Shown: positions 41,588 to 56,137 of the stretch, piece after piece | Position numbering within the stretch: position 1 is the stretch's first letter | Layout of the letters: each line of letters starts with the position of its first letter | Source: Octopus vulgaris | Lineage: Eukaryota | Length of the DNA: 64,000 nt | Assembly (NCBI GenBank): GCA_951406725.2 | Contig: OX597817.1 | Coordinates: 71,114,001-71,178,000, forward strand | Reading direction: 5' to 3' | The notes under the pieces: model-generated | Told to the model about the DNA's origin: nothing | The model's database searches: none | What the model saw: the letters and a program-made list of their open reading frames with translations, nothing else | Program-made: the position numbers and the translations under genes

Positions 41588-43095
41588 CCATTCTAGAAAG
41601 AAGTGGTGAAAAAGACCAGATCAGGATCAACTCCTGGCTCTGGTGGTGTACCTTATAAAAGATACAAGAAATGCCCGCGACTACTTCGGAGTCTGTGGAC
41701 GCTGTTCCAAAATATCTGGACAGAGGGTATCATCCCACCATACTGGAAGGAGGCAGAAGGATGTTCTGTGCCAAAACAAGAAAACTCCACAGCTATTTAC
41801 CAGTTCAGAACTATCTCCCACCTGAGTGCTGAGCGGAAAATCTTGTCCTTATTGGCCAAGAGAATGGCTATATAAACACATCTATCCAGACAGGTGGGGT
41901 TTTGGGTTTCTCAGAATGTCTGGAAGACACTAGAATTTTTATCCAATTGATTCAGGAAACCAAGAGAAGTAAAGGTGACTTGACAGTCGTTTGGCTGGAT
42001 CTGGAAAATGCATACGAATCAATTCCTCATGCTCTCATATATGCAGCCCTTGACTGCTATCGTATTCCCCCGTATATTAAGGAAATAATCAGCAGTTACT
42101 TTGGAGGCATCCAGTTACGTTCCAGAACAGCCCATTTATAACTCGGTGGCAAGACCTTGAGAAAGGAATCATAAATGGTTGCACAATTTCCCCCATTCTT
42201 TTAATCATGGGTATGAATCTTCTCATATCAACAGCTGATAGAGAAGACCAACAATGGAATCAGGTAGCTGTCAGTACCCAATATGAATCTTTATGGATGA
42301 TATTACTGTAACCACTACAACCCATGTGGATGTAGAAAGGATGCTAACTTCACTTGCACACATGGTGACATGGGCAAAAGTGAGGTTTAAGCCCAAAAGT
42401 CAAAGAGTATGGTAATCAGTGGGGGGAAAGTAACCAGCAAAATCAGGCTGCAAGCGCAAGGAGAGGCCATTCTACTAATAAAGGAAAATCCAATTAAATG
42501 CCCTGGAAAGATGTTTGACAAGTCGCTCTCAGACAGAAGCAATGTTACCAATATTGTGAAGCAAGCCGGGGAGTGGTTGAGGAGGATTGATAGATCAGGG
42601 CTTCCAGAAAAGTACAGGACATGGCTCTACCAACAGGGACTGCTTCCAAGACTCATATGGTTATTGACACTGTATGGCATTCCGATGACAAGTGTGGAAA
42701 GGGTGGAGAAGAAGGTAAATAATATCCCCGAAGATGTTTAAGTGTTCCCCCAAGCTTCACTTCAAAAAGTCTGTATATTAGATCTGGATAGCTACAACTT
42801 CCCCCGTCATCTGTACTGGAGGAATTCAAAGTAGCAAAATGTAATGTAATGATGTACAGAGGCTCGAAGGACGAGCTTGTCAGACATGCAGGTATTACAA
42901 CAAGGTCTGGGCGAAATTCAGTAGCTAGCACCGCAGTCGTTCTGGCTGAAGGTATGCTGGAGTAACGGGACAACATTGGAGCTGCCAGGGTCTCGGTTCT
43001 TCCTATTTCCAACAATGAAAGAAGTCAGACATCAGGGAGAGGTGGGGTACCAGGAAGAAGAAACAAGAAAATCAAGAGCTGTGGGACTGGTATTT
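41588..43095 (+). pseudogene. HERO/NeSL-clade non-LTR retrotransposon RT remnant
   Basis: RSGSTPGSGGVPYKRYKKCPRLL, WKEAEG...PKQENS...QFRTIS, VVWLDLENAYESIPH, GCTISPILL, FMDD (about 42290), YQQGLLPRLIWLLTLY. Confidence 0.85.
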
Positions 43096-43621
43096 TAGGG
43101 TGCATGTAAACCTCGAAAAGGGGGGATTTTTGTAATTTTTTTTACAATAGCGCTAAAACTATGGAATTTATGTCAACACTGATTCTATTCAGTATTGTTT
43201 ATTATTTAATGCGAAAAAAATGTAGGTTGCATGAAAATCCGTTTATTTGTTCGGCAGACCGGTACTTTTTATTGGTGAATGTTTACGGTTTTAAGTTTGC
43301 AATAAAGCATGGTGGAATCATAACTGATGATAATGTTCAACAAAACGCAAAAGCATGCATGCACACTCACATCATCATGCAAGTCAGCATTTTATATTTG
43401 TATAACAGATTTTCGTTATATTTTGTTTACATATTCTTTTATATTGTATATAGTGTTGTTGAAGAGAAAGGTGGGCGAGCGTTTTCAGCAGAATTTTTCA
43501 ATGTAATGTTTCTAATGTAAATTATACATTCCTCGATTTGTCAACCTCATTATTGCCACGAAGATTAAGTGGTGTTGAGACTATGCTGCAAGAAGAAACC
43601 TCGCTTAATACACACACAGAA

Positions 43622-43690
<69 letters not shown>

Positions 43691-44970
43691 TGTATCTTTT
43701 TGCAAGCCTATATTCGAAAATATAGATTCCCAGAACTCATCATGAATAGGTCGCTGCAGAGCGAGTTCTACCCTCCCACCCGCCTTCATTATTTCATCAT
43801 ATTATATGTTAAACTGCTTTTTAGTATCATATTTTTTTAATGATGCAGGAGATTTTATTCAGGCACGAATAAAGCCGTCCCTGTTGGCCTCTCCACAAAC
43901 TGCAAGTGAATCTTCACTAACCAATCATACTGCTCTTTCAACACTTTGAGAGTGGCAAAGAAACTTTTCAAACTCTATTTTAAGAATACTTTGATCTTCT
44001 AGAAGACAATGTAGAGTTTCATTTTCGACGAGTCTTAGTAAAAGCGGGCTAGATGTTTCGCATTTTCCCCGTGATATGAGCAGGGTGTACTCTCTGGCCG
44101 AAAAGTTTATTTTCAGGACTTGAAATTTTCTGATGGAGCGTTCATGTTGTTTTGAATGTCGAAACAAACAGATCCTTCTTATTGCGAGTTCACGGACATC
44201 ATCTCGATCATCACACAACATGCTCAAAAGAATTATTCTCTGGGTGGGTGAAAAATCCACTTCTTTGGATGACATTATCAATAATCCTTTGATATTGATT
44301 GGGAAGATATCTTGAAAGCTGAATTGGTTGGAATAAATGCAGAGATCCAAAGCTGCATGATGGCGTGCCTTTAATTTGAAACCAAACTGGAGTATACCTT
44401 TGCATCACAAATGTTACTAGAGCTACAAGCCCATGAGAAAGACAAATTTTTGTAGCATATAATCGAAGGATTCTAATGGCGGTTGTTAGCCATCTGGAAT
44501 GAGAGACTGATCCAAGTTTTCTGTGAGCCAAGCCGTCATTTGTTTTACCAGAGCTTACTCCCTCAAAAATCAGAAGTAATATCTTTTGGTCATTGCCCAA
44601 GTCTAAGTTTTGACTTTGTGACAAAAGCCTACACTTAATAGAAACAAAACTGGATGATTTCCACACTCTTTTATTTCCTAAGCCCGAACAGTCCGAGTGA
44701 CGGAGCCGCCATTATTTTTTTCTTCTTCTTTTTCCTAACCATGAATTCACAAGGACCTCGAACCCACAAGAGTAAACAAGAGAGACAGAGACAGAGACAG
44801 GCAGAAACAAGGAAAATGCCACTTATATTTGAACACCATACAAATATTATTTTAAAAAAACTTTTCTTTTAATTTTTCTAAATTTAATTATTTAATTGTT
44901 ACAGTTGAAAAAGTGTAAATGACTGAAATCGGTACTGAAAGGATTTTTATAAAATTATTTTAGCATTTTC
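43096..44970 (-). mobile_element. hATm-like DNA transposon remnant
   Basis: SHSRWLTTAIRILRLY, YTPVWFQIK, QRSGFFTHPEN, LLSMLCDDR..VRELA, CHSQSVERAV; terminus TAGGGTG at 43096. Family name from recall. Confidence 0.7.
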
Positions 44971-44988
44971 TATCATGACTATTTTTTT

Positions 44989-44990
<2 letters not shown>

Positions 44991-45083
<93 letters not shown>
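44991..45083. repeat. (TA)n microsatellite
   Basis: Direct reading. Confidence 0.95.
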
Positions 45084-45084
<1 letters not shown>

Positions 45085-45087
<3 letters not shown>

Positions 45088-45850
45088 GAGAAAGAGAAAA
45101 TGGAGATTGGGAAATTAACAATTGTCTATTATTAACAGCAAATTAATCATCAACATGAATCTATATTAACATCTTGTTAGGGGTAATGGGTAAAAAGTGT
45201 AAACGCATATATATATATACAGAGATGTATGTGTGAGTGCGCATACGTATTAATGTGTTCGCGGAAGTACATGTATGCATATATAAGCGTATATACGTAT
45301 ATAAGCGGATATGTGTGTACGTGTTGGTGTATGTATATGCGCGTGTCGTGTGTATTTATATGTATATATGGACGTACGGATACATATATGTATGTGTGTG
45401 TATGCATGTGTGCGTACTTGCATGTATATAAACTTTCTTAAGTTTATTTATACCTTATAAACGTATACTCCATTCTTTATTAACTATAAACGTACATTGT
45501 ATTTAAATTTCCTCTATCATCTCTATTTAATTTATTCATTCGTTGCTTTAATTTATTGCTTTATCTACCTGATGTTTCTCTTATTTCCAATCTACCTGCA
45601 AACCCCTCGCCCGAACATATAACAATAAAATTCATAAACAGTATCATTCAGCCTGCTTTAACGAATCCATAAACACACATATAGAACATCCAAGGGTATA
45701 TTTTCTTCCTCTGAAGATACTATGCTCAGGTCATATAAATATAAATTCAATATTTACTGAGTATTATTTGAAACAGCTGTAAGGGATGATTAATTTGCTG
45801 TTAATAATAAACAATTATTAACTTCCCAATCTCCATTTTCTTTGCCTTCT
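45085..45850 (+). mobile_element. PLE-derived non-coding cassette with about 60-bp inverted termini
   Basis: About 45095-45151 is reverse complementary to about 45785-45841; (TA)n on both sides; contains a hammerhead. Confidence 0.7.
45706..45786 (+). ncRNA. Type-I hammerhead ribozyme with extended stem II
   Basis: TTCCT-CTGAAGA-tact-ATGCTCAG...CTGAGTAT-tattt-GAAA-CAGCTG-TA-AGGGA; palindromic ACAGCTGT stem III; base of stem II mismatched. Confidence 0.8.
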
Positions 45851-45872
45851 TGCATATGAATATAAATTATAT

Positions 45873-45922
<50 letters not shown>

Positions 45923-46471
45923 ATTATTTTAAGGAAATTTATTACCCATAAATACTAGGTATTGAACCAGTATTTCCTTGGATGAAACCATCCCTTCATG
46001 AAGTTAACGCAACCTCTAATCGAATTTAATATACACACATACATACAGACAGATAGACTGACAAACAGACAGATAAGCAGGCAGATCGACAGACAGTAAT
46101 ATAGATATATAGGTAGATAGATGTGTACACGTTCATACAAGGTTAAAGAATATATTTTAAATACAGTTGCAGAGTACATGTATAGTGCTTTACAAAACCG
46201 CACACAATTAACCCATACATTCATACACACACTCGGGCATATAAAATTTACACATACACACAGCAATCATAAAAAATACTTTACATAAAAGTTACGCATA
46301 GTAATATCTCGATATATTTAATCTTATCAATTATTCCTTTTAGTTATTATTCCATTTCTTTCCTTTCTTAAAATGGAAAACTTTGAATATTTTATGTTTT
46401 ATGTTTTTTCTTGTTGAAGATATTCACTATATGATATATATATATATGTGTATGTGTCTATAGATAACTAC

Positions 46472-46519
<48 letters not shown>

Positions 46520-46546
46520 CAAGGTGTAGTTATCTATAGGCACATA

Positions 46547-46593
<47 letters not shown>

Positions 46594-47053
46594 TCACAAG
46601 GTGTAGTTATCTATAGACACATACACACACACACACACACACTAACGCACGCACGCGCACGCACACACACACGCTCAAACGCACACACATATGCATACAT
46701 ATACATATAATTGTATTAACAATATGACTGCAAAATTTTACGCACACGCACCCTCAAACCTTTATAGATAGGATACAAAGGTAAGGACAGAGATGCAACA
46801 ATACATATAATCACCCACTAATACATACACACGGACATGGTTTCATACATACATACATACATACATGCATACATACATACACACTCACACACACACATAC
46901 CTACTCATAGAGAATAAAGAAGTGTAAGAAGTAGGGTGAGGGAAAGCGAGAAAGAGAAAGAGAAAAACCTATACAGAAGTTATATTGTTGAAAAGAAAAT
47001 CACAAAAATCGTGGGTTTATACGTATATATATATATATATGTATATATATATG

Positions 47054-47106
<53 letters not shown>

Positions 47107-47216
47107 GCACACACCACAGACTTATATACGTCCATATATATGTATATGTGCATTCATACGTATATACATATATGTGTATGATTATGTATGTATGTGTATA
47201 TGTATATATGTATCTT

Positions 47217-47272
<56 letters not shown>

Positions 47273-47280
47273 TATATGAT

Positions 47281-47370
<90 letters not shown>

Positions 47371-47704
47371 ATAGGTAGAGAACATTATTACCTCAGTTGC
47401 ACCAACTTTTGTAGTTCATTATCAATATTTATACACTTAAATTCGCTCCGTTAACTCTACCGATGGACTACTTCTATTGAAGCGCCAACCATTTACAGAA
47501 TTATTTCGCCATCAAAAGCTCTTTAATAGATATTACAAACTCATACACTTGTCATAACTATTCTCACTCTTCTATTTTGCGAACAGTTTAAATCCTATTG
47601 AAATAACAACGACCATTTATACTGTCTGTACTATTCTTTTCTACCGCATGTAATTGTCATACCAAGTCGTTCATCTGTCTGCTTCCTTCTCTTGTGTGTA
47701 TGTA

Positions 47705-47762
<58 letters not shown>

Positions 47763-48389
47763 CTTTTTTTTAAAGATTTGATTTAAGTAATTATCTAGAC
47801 AGCTCAGTGATTTGAAATACATAATATATTCTGGCCATTGTATCGATGAGTGGATTCTACTTGCTTCTTTAAACCCACCACACACATATTTATATATGTG
47901 TATGTACACATACATGCTTGCATACGCACGCACACACACACACACACACACATATATATGTATATATAGACACACACACGTGTGTGTGTGTGTTGTTTAT
48001 GTCTTCCTTTTCTTTCGAATTTTTGGAATATTAACAACCACAACATAATAGATGAAAGTCTATTGGCGTAAGTAAGTTGACAGTTTGCTTAAAGCCGGGG
48101 ATTTAACGTAACTTTTTTGGTTGGAGAAACATACTTTTACGGTTTACTTTTGTTGTTGCTATCTCCTATTGGCTGAATCGTTACAGAATGGTTTGCATTA
48201 TTTGTTTCGGTTATTTGTACCATGATTTCAAATCCCGCTGAGACCGACTTTACCTTTCACCCTTCGGCGGTCGATTAAAACTCAGTGCTAGATTTGCACT
48301 GGAGTCGATGTAATGTTTTCAGGTTGGTTATCATCAGGTCTACTACAACTATTATACAAAGATAATCATTCATGCAAAATGTGAACATT

Positions 48390-51300
48390 TATGCAAAATG
48401 TGAAGATGTTTTTTTTGAATTTCACGAATGTTGATGTTTACCAGGGAAGTTTTCAAGCAACTCATTTCCGCTATTCTTATAACACCAAACACACCTGTTG
48501 CAACTGGAGCTGTTTGTTGTTTTCAAGAAATACATTCTGCTAGTCTCGATTTCTAGGTCTTTGTACATAGCAAATTTGTCATAGGGGAGACCGGGTCTAG
48601 TTGTTACATTTTATTTATTTTTTTGCCTTGGCATCCACATAAATGAACACAGTTGACGTTTCTTTTCATATTTAATTAGTAAAACATCTCTATTTATTGT
48701 TAACAGCAGCAAAAAACAGAAATTACATAACATTAATTAGACAGGTTATAATTAATGCGGTGGTGTCAACTGTAACAATTTTCCCCGAGTGCGAGGTACG
48801 TTGTGACACTTACTGGGGTACTTTGTTACAACTGTCGATAACTCGGAATTATTTTAACAAACAAGTTCAAAATGAATACACCTCCTGCTTCTTACATCTA
48901 GGAAGTATTATTTTAATTAACTGTGCTTTGAACCACCTCATATCCTAACTGTGATACTGAGAGTCCTCATCAGCCAATTTCCCCATTGTTATGTGCTATC
49001 TAGTCGGAATCGTCCTCTGTTAACTTCTCTCCACACAGATCACACAGAAATTCCTGTCGTCCATCGGTGCAGTCAGTGTGTGCCCAGTCTTTACAGATTA
49101 TGCATTGCCTCCTTTCTTCACCTGGAAGGGAGTTGGAATACCAGTCTCAGCAGACAAAGCATTTCCAATCGGCGACTTGCTTGCTGCGAGGCTGCTTCCC
49201 TTCGTCTTTACCTGTTTTAGTTGACTTTAAAGAAGTTGAAGGTTTATTTTTTGGTACAGCTGACGTTCTGTTAACATCTTAAAAGGTTAGTGTAAAGGAT
49301 ACTGGTAACTTCATGTCTAATGAGCCTGAAACCAACCTCGAAATCTTTGGCAACATCTCGTAATGATTTCTTTTCATCCACAACTTTTCTGGAGGCTCTT
49401 TCCATGACATCAGCAGGGGTATCCCCCTTTGTAGTCTTCCTTTTGTAATTTCTAGGCATGGTGCGTTAAACTGAAATAGAAAGGATAAGTTGTTAAATGC
49501 CTGGAGTAAGTTGATACACTGTAACAATTAGCTCAGACCATGGATTTCTGAGGATTACCTCGTACACAGCACTAGCAATGCATGGCATCGAGGACACACC
49601 TTCATGCATGTATCGAAGGCAGCTTCCAGCGCTTCCTAATGAGCCACAAACTACTTCAGTAATACCACTTGTGCTTTTGTAGTTAAGGAAATAATTTGTA
49701 ACGAAATTTCACTTTTGGAGTAAAAAATCGTTTTTTGAACCTTTCCTGACAGCCCGCCAGTGCAATACACATGTGCAGTCATGATGCTATGGAGTTGGCC
49801 TTCACTAATGTCACCTATTTCTTGAAGTTGGAAACATTGGGCTTGTAACAACTTACCCGTGTAACAAGACCCGGTATCTCCTACTCTACTGTTGATACAT
49901 TTTTGTCAGGGGGTATAGTCATCCCAATGAGTGGGGATGTCATATTTTTAAAATCTTTAACAATAATCTCAGGCCGCTTGTCAATTATGGTGCAGTCTGT
50001 GTGGGCTGAAAAATCCCATAAAATTGTTGTTTCGATTAAAAATGGGGATGCTGTTCAAATCCGTTTTTAGCATGTTCTGTACCGTATTGTTTGCATAGTG
50101 ACTAAATATATTGACCAAATCAATCATACTTAGCTTTATATTCAGTTGGAGTTAAGTTGCAATGTTAACTATACATTATGTTGTCTAGACTTCTGCATTT
50201 TGGGTTTGTCCCATTCTGAGGACGTTTCCTTGGTAATTTCTTGAGAAAAATTTGTTTTAGGGGCAATATAGATGAGTCTCACATGTATCTCTTAGTTTTG
50301 GCTTTTAACCATGACTAGCAGCCACTGATGGACTTTTGGCTGGTCAACATCAGCATCTTGGATGCGGAGTTGGTGTTGATCGCGCAGAGGTTTTTGCTGC
50401 CATTTCCCTTTCAGAGCTTTAAAGAATTTAGAGTTTGTTTTAATTCTACAGATTCTTGCCACCTTAGTTGTTAATGAGTTAACCACAATTGCAATATGTA
50501 TGTTATTGATTCTTAGTTCTCTTCTATATTTCACTTCCTCTTTCGATGAGGCTGTCTTTTACTAATATCATCATACAATCTCCGAATTTGTGTGAATATG
50601 TCTACAGGGCAATTGTGGCTGTTTTATTGGATAATTCAAATTAAATGAGTCCTGTTCCACCTTCTTTCCTCGACAGGTAAAGATAGTCGACATCTGCCTT
50701 AGTGTGGTGTATTTTGTTGGCGGTGAGAATTTCTAGTTAATGATATTGAGACCATATTACACTGTAGGTAGGTACACTTGAGGTGTTGGTAACTTCGCTT
50801 GGGTTGAGTTCTTCTTCGATTTTTTCTTTTTATTTGGTATACTGGCTTCCTTCGCCATCATTCATATCTAGATATTTATAAGTACCATTAAGATGCAGTT
50901 CTTGCACAGTGACATTTAGGTCAGGTTTGGTGAATGATGTTATACTAACTTTTCTCCCTCTTTAAAGTTGCTTATGCCCACTTATCAAGTCCAAATTTCA
51001 TAGCTCAACTGCTTTGTCGTTCTTATTCTTTCTCCGACAAATTTGTAGCATCATTTTGCTAATCATCAGTTGATCTTTACATCCCCAGGAGTTCCATTTA
51101 CCTCATTTTTGTTCTTGTGGAACAAGGGTGATTTCTTCAACAAAATCGTACATACTTTCAATAAGAGTTCAAGTGAGAATTTTGAAAGTCGTAGCAAGGC
51201 ACGTAATAGGCTTTTCGGAACTTCTGTTCCTGATGTTTTCAGCAGGAGATACATTGTACTTGTTATCAACCAGTTGGGGACTTTCTCAGGACTTTGTATA

Positions 51301-51673
51301 AGTGCACTCATTTTTTTGACATTCGTGTAATTGTATTTTGCCAAGAATTTGGGATTCAATCCAATATTGACATGTTCCATTTTTGTGTTTTGCTAAGGAC
51401 CTGCTTTACCTCTGCCACTTCAAACTCTAACTATTGTTGCTGTTTCACATTTTTCACCCTTCCATTTTCTCTGCTAATCGAACTTGATTCCTCGTCATAT
51501 GCTTTTGCATGTTCTACCAAAATTCTTCAACTTAATATTAGTTGAATCCTTCCTTCTATGGCCTGTTTCTATAGTTCTCTGTAAAAGTCTTTTGCAAATG
51601 TTTCGAAAAATGTTCTGTCTACAGAATTTACTACTTTTTCATATTTTCTAACTCGCTGTGCTTTGATCTGCGC

Positions 51674-51753
<80 letters not shown>

Positions 51754-52130
51754 TCCATACGCAAACACACACATACACATACACAAACACCATATGCGCC
51801 CACATTACACACAGACACACACACAAACACACGCGCACACACGCACACACACACATATATGTACACATACCCAGAGTTCAGGAAGAAATTTCATCATAGA
51901 AGACCAGAGGACCTGCACTCGGACTATGCACAAGTTCAAAATTCTATCCTGGCAACCAACTATTTGATAGTGATGGGCATTAGAAATGTCCCTCATCCTC
52001 TCTGCAGTTCAGACCTTCATGCGACTTGATTGTCTAGCAAGCTGAAGAAGATGAAGGGGGCTGTGACAAAGGTAGAAGTGGTTGGAACGCTAGAAGTTCA
52101 TTGAAGTTAAAGGATGCTACTTTGAAGAAG
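48390..52130 (-). pseudogene. R4/Dong-like non-LTR retrotransposon remnant, interrupted by a DNA transposon and a (CA)n tract
   Basis: KVPNWL...YLLLK, ADVDYLYLSRKEGGTGL, WQQKPL...DADVDQPKVHQWL, KRPEIIV, LIGMTIPPDKNVSTVE|YDKFAMYKDLEIETSRM. Confidence 0.8.
48584..49881 (-). mobile_element. Internally deleted pogo-like DNA transposon (psq-HTH plus PHD finger, no DDE)
   Basis: TIRs GGGGAGACCGGGTCTAGTTGTTACA / TGTAACAAGACCCGGTATCTCC, TA TSD; MPRNYKRKT...VMERAS...KSLRDVAKDFEV (49459 downward); CFVC*...QCIICKDWAHTDC...FLCDLC (about 49160-49030). Confidence 0.85.
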
Positions 52131-52214
52131 ATTAGACTTTTGTCCCTCTATGGAATTAATAAATGCCTCTCTTTATAAAGTGTGAAAACCTCCTGAGTAC
52201 ATCTTGTATATATG

Positions 52215-52250
<36 letters not shown>

Positions 52251-53274
52251 TATATACAAATACATGAATACATACATGCATACACACATACATACATACA
52301 AACACATGTACATATAGGTACGTACATACGTACACACACATACACATACACACACATACATACATGAAAGAGTAAATCTGAATACACCAAGTCATTTTGT
52401 AGACATGCGAATACAAAGGCTCACACTCTCACACGATCAGTTAATTACATTCATAAATACATACTTACAGAAGTACACAAAATTATACACGCAGCTACAC
52501 ACACCCATATCTATTTACACACACTAATAAACGCATACGTAGAGCGCTGGGGGGATTGGAGAGTATGTATCTGTGTATATGTATAAGTAACGATAATTGT
52601 AAATAGAAATGTATGTATTTCTATGAATGTACATGTATGTGTCCATGAATATTTGTAAGTTCATGCATATTCATGTATGTTAGTATGTATGTATGTATGC
52701 ATGTATGCAAGTATGTATGTGTGTGCGCGTGTATATGTATGTGTATGTATGTATGTATGTATGTATGCATGTATGTATATATGTGCGTATTCCTCATTCA
52801 TATATTCTAATATATCTGCATATGTATGTGTGTGTTTCTGTGTATTGTATGTATACACACACATATATAGGTATATGTATGTGCATAAGAATATGCATAT
52901 ATGTATATATATATATATACACACATATATATATTTATATATATATATATATACACATATATATATTTATATATGTGCACACACATATACATATACATGT
53001 ATATACACACATACACACATGCACACATATTTATATATATATATACTTATGCATATGCACACATCAACGTTTAACTTAATCTACGCATGCAAATGAGCAT
53101 AGTTCTGTACAATAGCACATATCTACACCAACATCTATATCTGTACATATGTTAGCATATGCATATACACACATACACACATACACACATGTACACATAT
53201 ATACACACACATGCACACAGATACGCACACACAGTTCATATCTTCATACGAGTGCATGTGCGCGTATGCGAGCG

Positions 53275-53317
<43 letters not shown>

Positions 53318-53619
53318 AATAGACCGACAAAGCGTGATACATGTATGAATGGAAGCATTGCGTTGACCAGTAAGCCGAGATCGGGCAAATGTGAACAAAT
53401 TGGTACAAAATGAACGGGTCGAAGCTGAGAATATTAATGTTGCTCATCCAATCAATAATGTGATTCGGTGGAGAACAGTGAAAAGGGGGACAAAATGATG
53501 TTGGAATATTATCGCAGTTCCTTTGATGAACCAGCTTTCTTCCACTATGTGAGAAAAATGACAGCAACGCGAGGCCAGAAGGGAAATATCATTAAAGACC
53601 CGATGTATTCATTGGCGTT

Positions 53620-55320
53620 GTAATTGTTGTTGACTGTTGTACTGGTGGTGGTGGTGGAAATTATGGTGGTGGTGATGGTAGTTGTGGTGTTTGTGGTATC
53701 GGTGGCGGTGGTGTTGGTGATAATGGTATTGATGGCTATGTTAGTTGTAGTTTTCGCGGGTGTGGTGTCAGCGATGCTGGTGTTGGCGTTAGTATTGATT
53801 ATGAAGCTAGTGGTAGTTGTGGTTGTGATGATGACGACGATGGTGGTGGTGGTGGCGGTAGTTGTAGTGATAACGGTGGTAGTTTTGATGTTGACGATAA
53901 AGGTGGTGGTGGTGGTTGTTGTGATGCTGTTTTTGATAGTTGTGCTGCTGGTGATAGTCGTATTGGTGATTATGTTAGTTGTAGTGTTGGCCGTTGTGGA
54001 GTTGGTGATTGTGGTGCTAGTATTGGTTGTGGAGCTGGTGGTGGTTGTAGTGTTGGTAATAGTAGTGTGGTGGCTATATTAGTTGTAGTGTTGGTGGTTG
54101 TGATCACAGCGATATTGGCGTTAAAAAGCTGGTGGTTGTGGTGTTTTCTTCTTTTAATCAGGACTCACGCCATTAGCCACAAAGAATAATCTCTAATTCG
54201 ATCCTACTCTAAGCTAATAAGAATGTGTGTAGCAACTTGAAGATCCACCCACCACACGCGATAGACTGGCGGTTGCACGGGCGCGAAAGCTACGTTGTTA
54301 TCTTCATTCCGTAAACGGTGGCTCTTAACGGGTGGAGGGCTGAACCATCTTGGGGTACAGAGGAATCGCAATCTAGACTAGGGTCTGAAAGTTTACCACA
54401 CCATAGTGGGTTACACCATGGTTCCTCTGCTTTATGGCAGAAGTAGGAAGAAAGATTGAGAGAAAGTTGTGGTGAAAGAGTACAGAGGGGTTAAACCCCC
54501 TCCTACCGCCGGAGCCTCGTGGTGCTTAGGTGTTTTTGCTCAATAAACACTCACAATGCCATGTCTGGGAATCGAAACAGCGTTCTTACGACCGCTAGTT
54601 CGCTGCCTTAACCACTGAGTCATTTCGCCTCCACTTTGTGGTATTGCTGTTATTTAGCGTTAGTGGTGGTTGTGATGTTATTAGAGTTGTTGGTAATTGT
54701 AGTGTTTGTGTTTGTGGATTTAAAGATTTTGGCGTTGTTTGTTCTGGCAGGTGCCTTGGTATAAGTATTGATGGCCACGATAGTGCTAACTGTGGAGTAG
54801 TTGGTTTTAGATTGTGGTATTTCATGTGCAGTTTACGGTTGTAAGGTTTGTAGTTGTGATTTTGGTTTTGGTGTCTAGGGTAGTGATGTTATTTATGATA
54901 TTGGTACCGGTCGTGATACTGGTGTTGGTCATAGCATTCCTTGTTGTGGTACTAGTTATTAGTTGTTGTTATTAGTAGTGATGTTGATGGTTGCATTGGT
55001 GTTGATTGTGGTATGGGTGGTTGTCGTAATGCTAATTGCATTGGTTTATGTTGTGGTGTTTGTTGTGGATTTCGTGGCGTTTGTATTTGTGATGTTTCTT
55101 GTGGAGTTAGTAGCTATTAAAATAGTTGTGCTATTAAAAGCATTGGAGTTTGGCTGTGATGATTATGATGCCGTAGATGATACCTGTTCAGTTGAGATGG
55201 AAAATTTACACAAATGTTATGGTTGTTGCTATGATATTATTATTGCTGCTGCTGTTGTTATAGTCGTTGTCCACCGTATATATAAATATAGCAATCCCTC
55301 TACTATCACGAGTGTTATTT
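53620..55320. repeat. Degenerate (GTN)n low-complexity tract split by a SINE
   Basis: GTG/GTT/GTA-rich on both sides of 54150-54632; source of the Val-rich ORFs. Confidence 0.8.
54150..54632 (-). mobile_element. tRNA-derived SINE family 4
   Basis: Minus strand GGAGGCGAAATGACTCAGTGGTTAAGGCAGCG...GTTTCGATTCCC; A-rich tail at about 54145; flanked by TTGTGGT(G/A)TT. Confidence 0.75.
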
Positions 55321-55831
55321 TCACCACCCCCACCGCGATAGGGGAAAATCTGCGAAGTAGAAACTGTACCTGATTGTATTTTTTTTTTTATCAATTCTAT
55401 AATTCCATATATATATTTTATTATAAATGCAAAACAACACAACGGAGGAATCGACGTAAGCTTGAACAATAAACCGTAATTGTTGAACCGCGACAGGGAC
55501 ATTGCGATATGGTGAGGGATTACTTTGTAACGAGAAAATGCTTTTAAGATTCTATCATGATGAAAAGGTGAAAGTGTTTCCATTTTTAATCAAAAATTCT
55601 TGAGATGGTATAAACATGCAATAAGGAAAATGGTAAGTGACTTGAATTAAATTAATCATTTACAATAGCATTTGGAAAATGCCCTCGTTTATCTAAAAAA
55701 ACTGACGTTGTAGTCGTTATTGGCCTTCCTTGATAGTTAGTGGTTCGTGATGATTGTAGCAATTGTAATAGGAGTGCTAAGTAGTGTATCGTTCCTTATT
55801 GTGGCACCAGTTATATATATATATATATATA

Positions 55832-56016
55832 TAAAGTTAATCCAAACATGAACAAAGAGAAGACACAACAACGCGAGGACGTGGAACAAGTATAATGTTA
55901 TTGGACGCTCAGGAAAGAAAGAAGGAGGATTTACCGTTTCGAGCGGCGCTCTTCGTCAGAAACATAGAAAAAGGAAAGATCCAAGGAAGAGAAGACGGAA
56001 AAAGAAAATCGCCAAC

Positions 56017-56017
<1 letters not shown>
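55832..56017 (-). mobile_element. Family C cassette with hammerhead (55929-55963)
   Basis: Minus strand GTTT-CTGACGA-A-GAGC-GCC-GCTC-GAAA-CGGT-AAAT; paralog of 33168-33352. Confidence 0.75.
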
Positions 56018-56090
<73 letters not shown>

Positions 56091-56137
56091 TACACACACA
56101 CACACACACACATAATTATATTATATCCACAACACAC

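Noticed and set aside
53624-54082. 152-aa Val-rich ORF (and 54963-55373) resembling a membrane protein
   Set aside because: Translation of a degenerate (GTN)n tract interrupted by a SINE; non-ATG start, no domain or splice evidence.
55400-55640. Unique-looking stretch ending in a GTAAGT donor-like site (also unique stretches at 53330-53620 and 58860-59150)
   Set aside because: No convincing open frame, acceptor or protein similarity; a host exon cannot be supported without RNA-seq.
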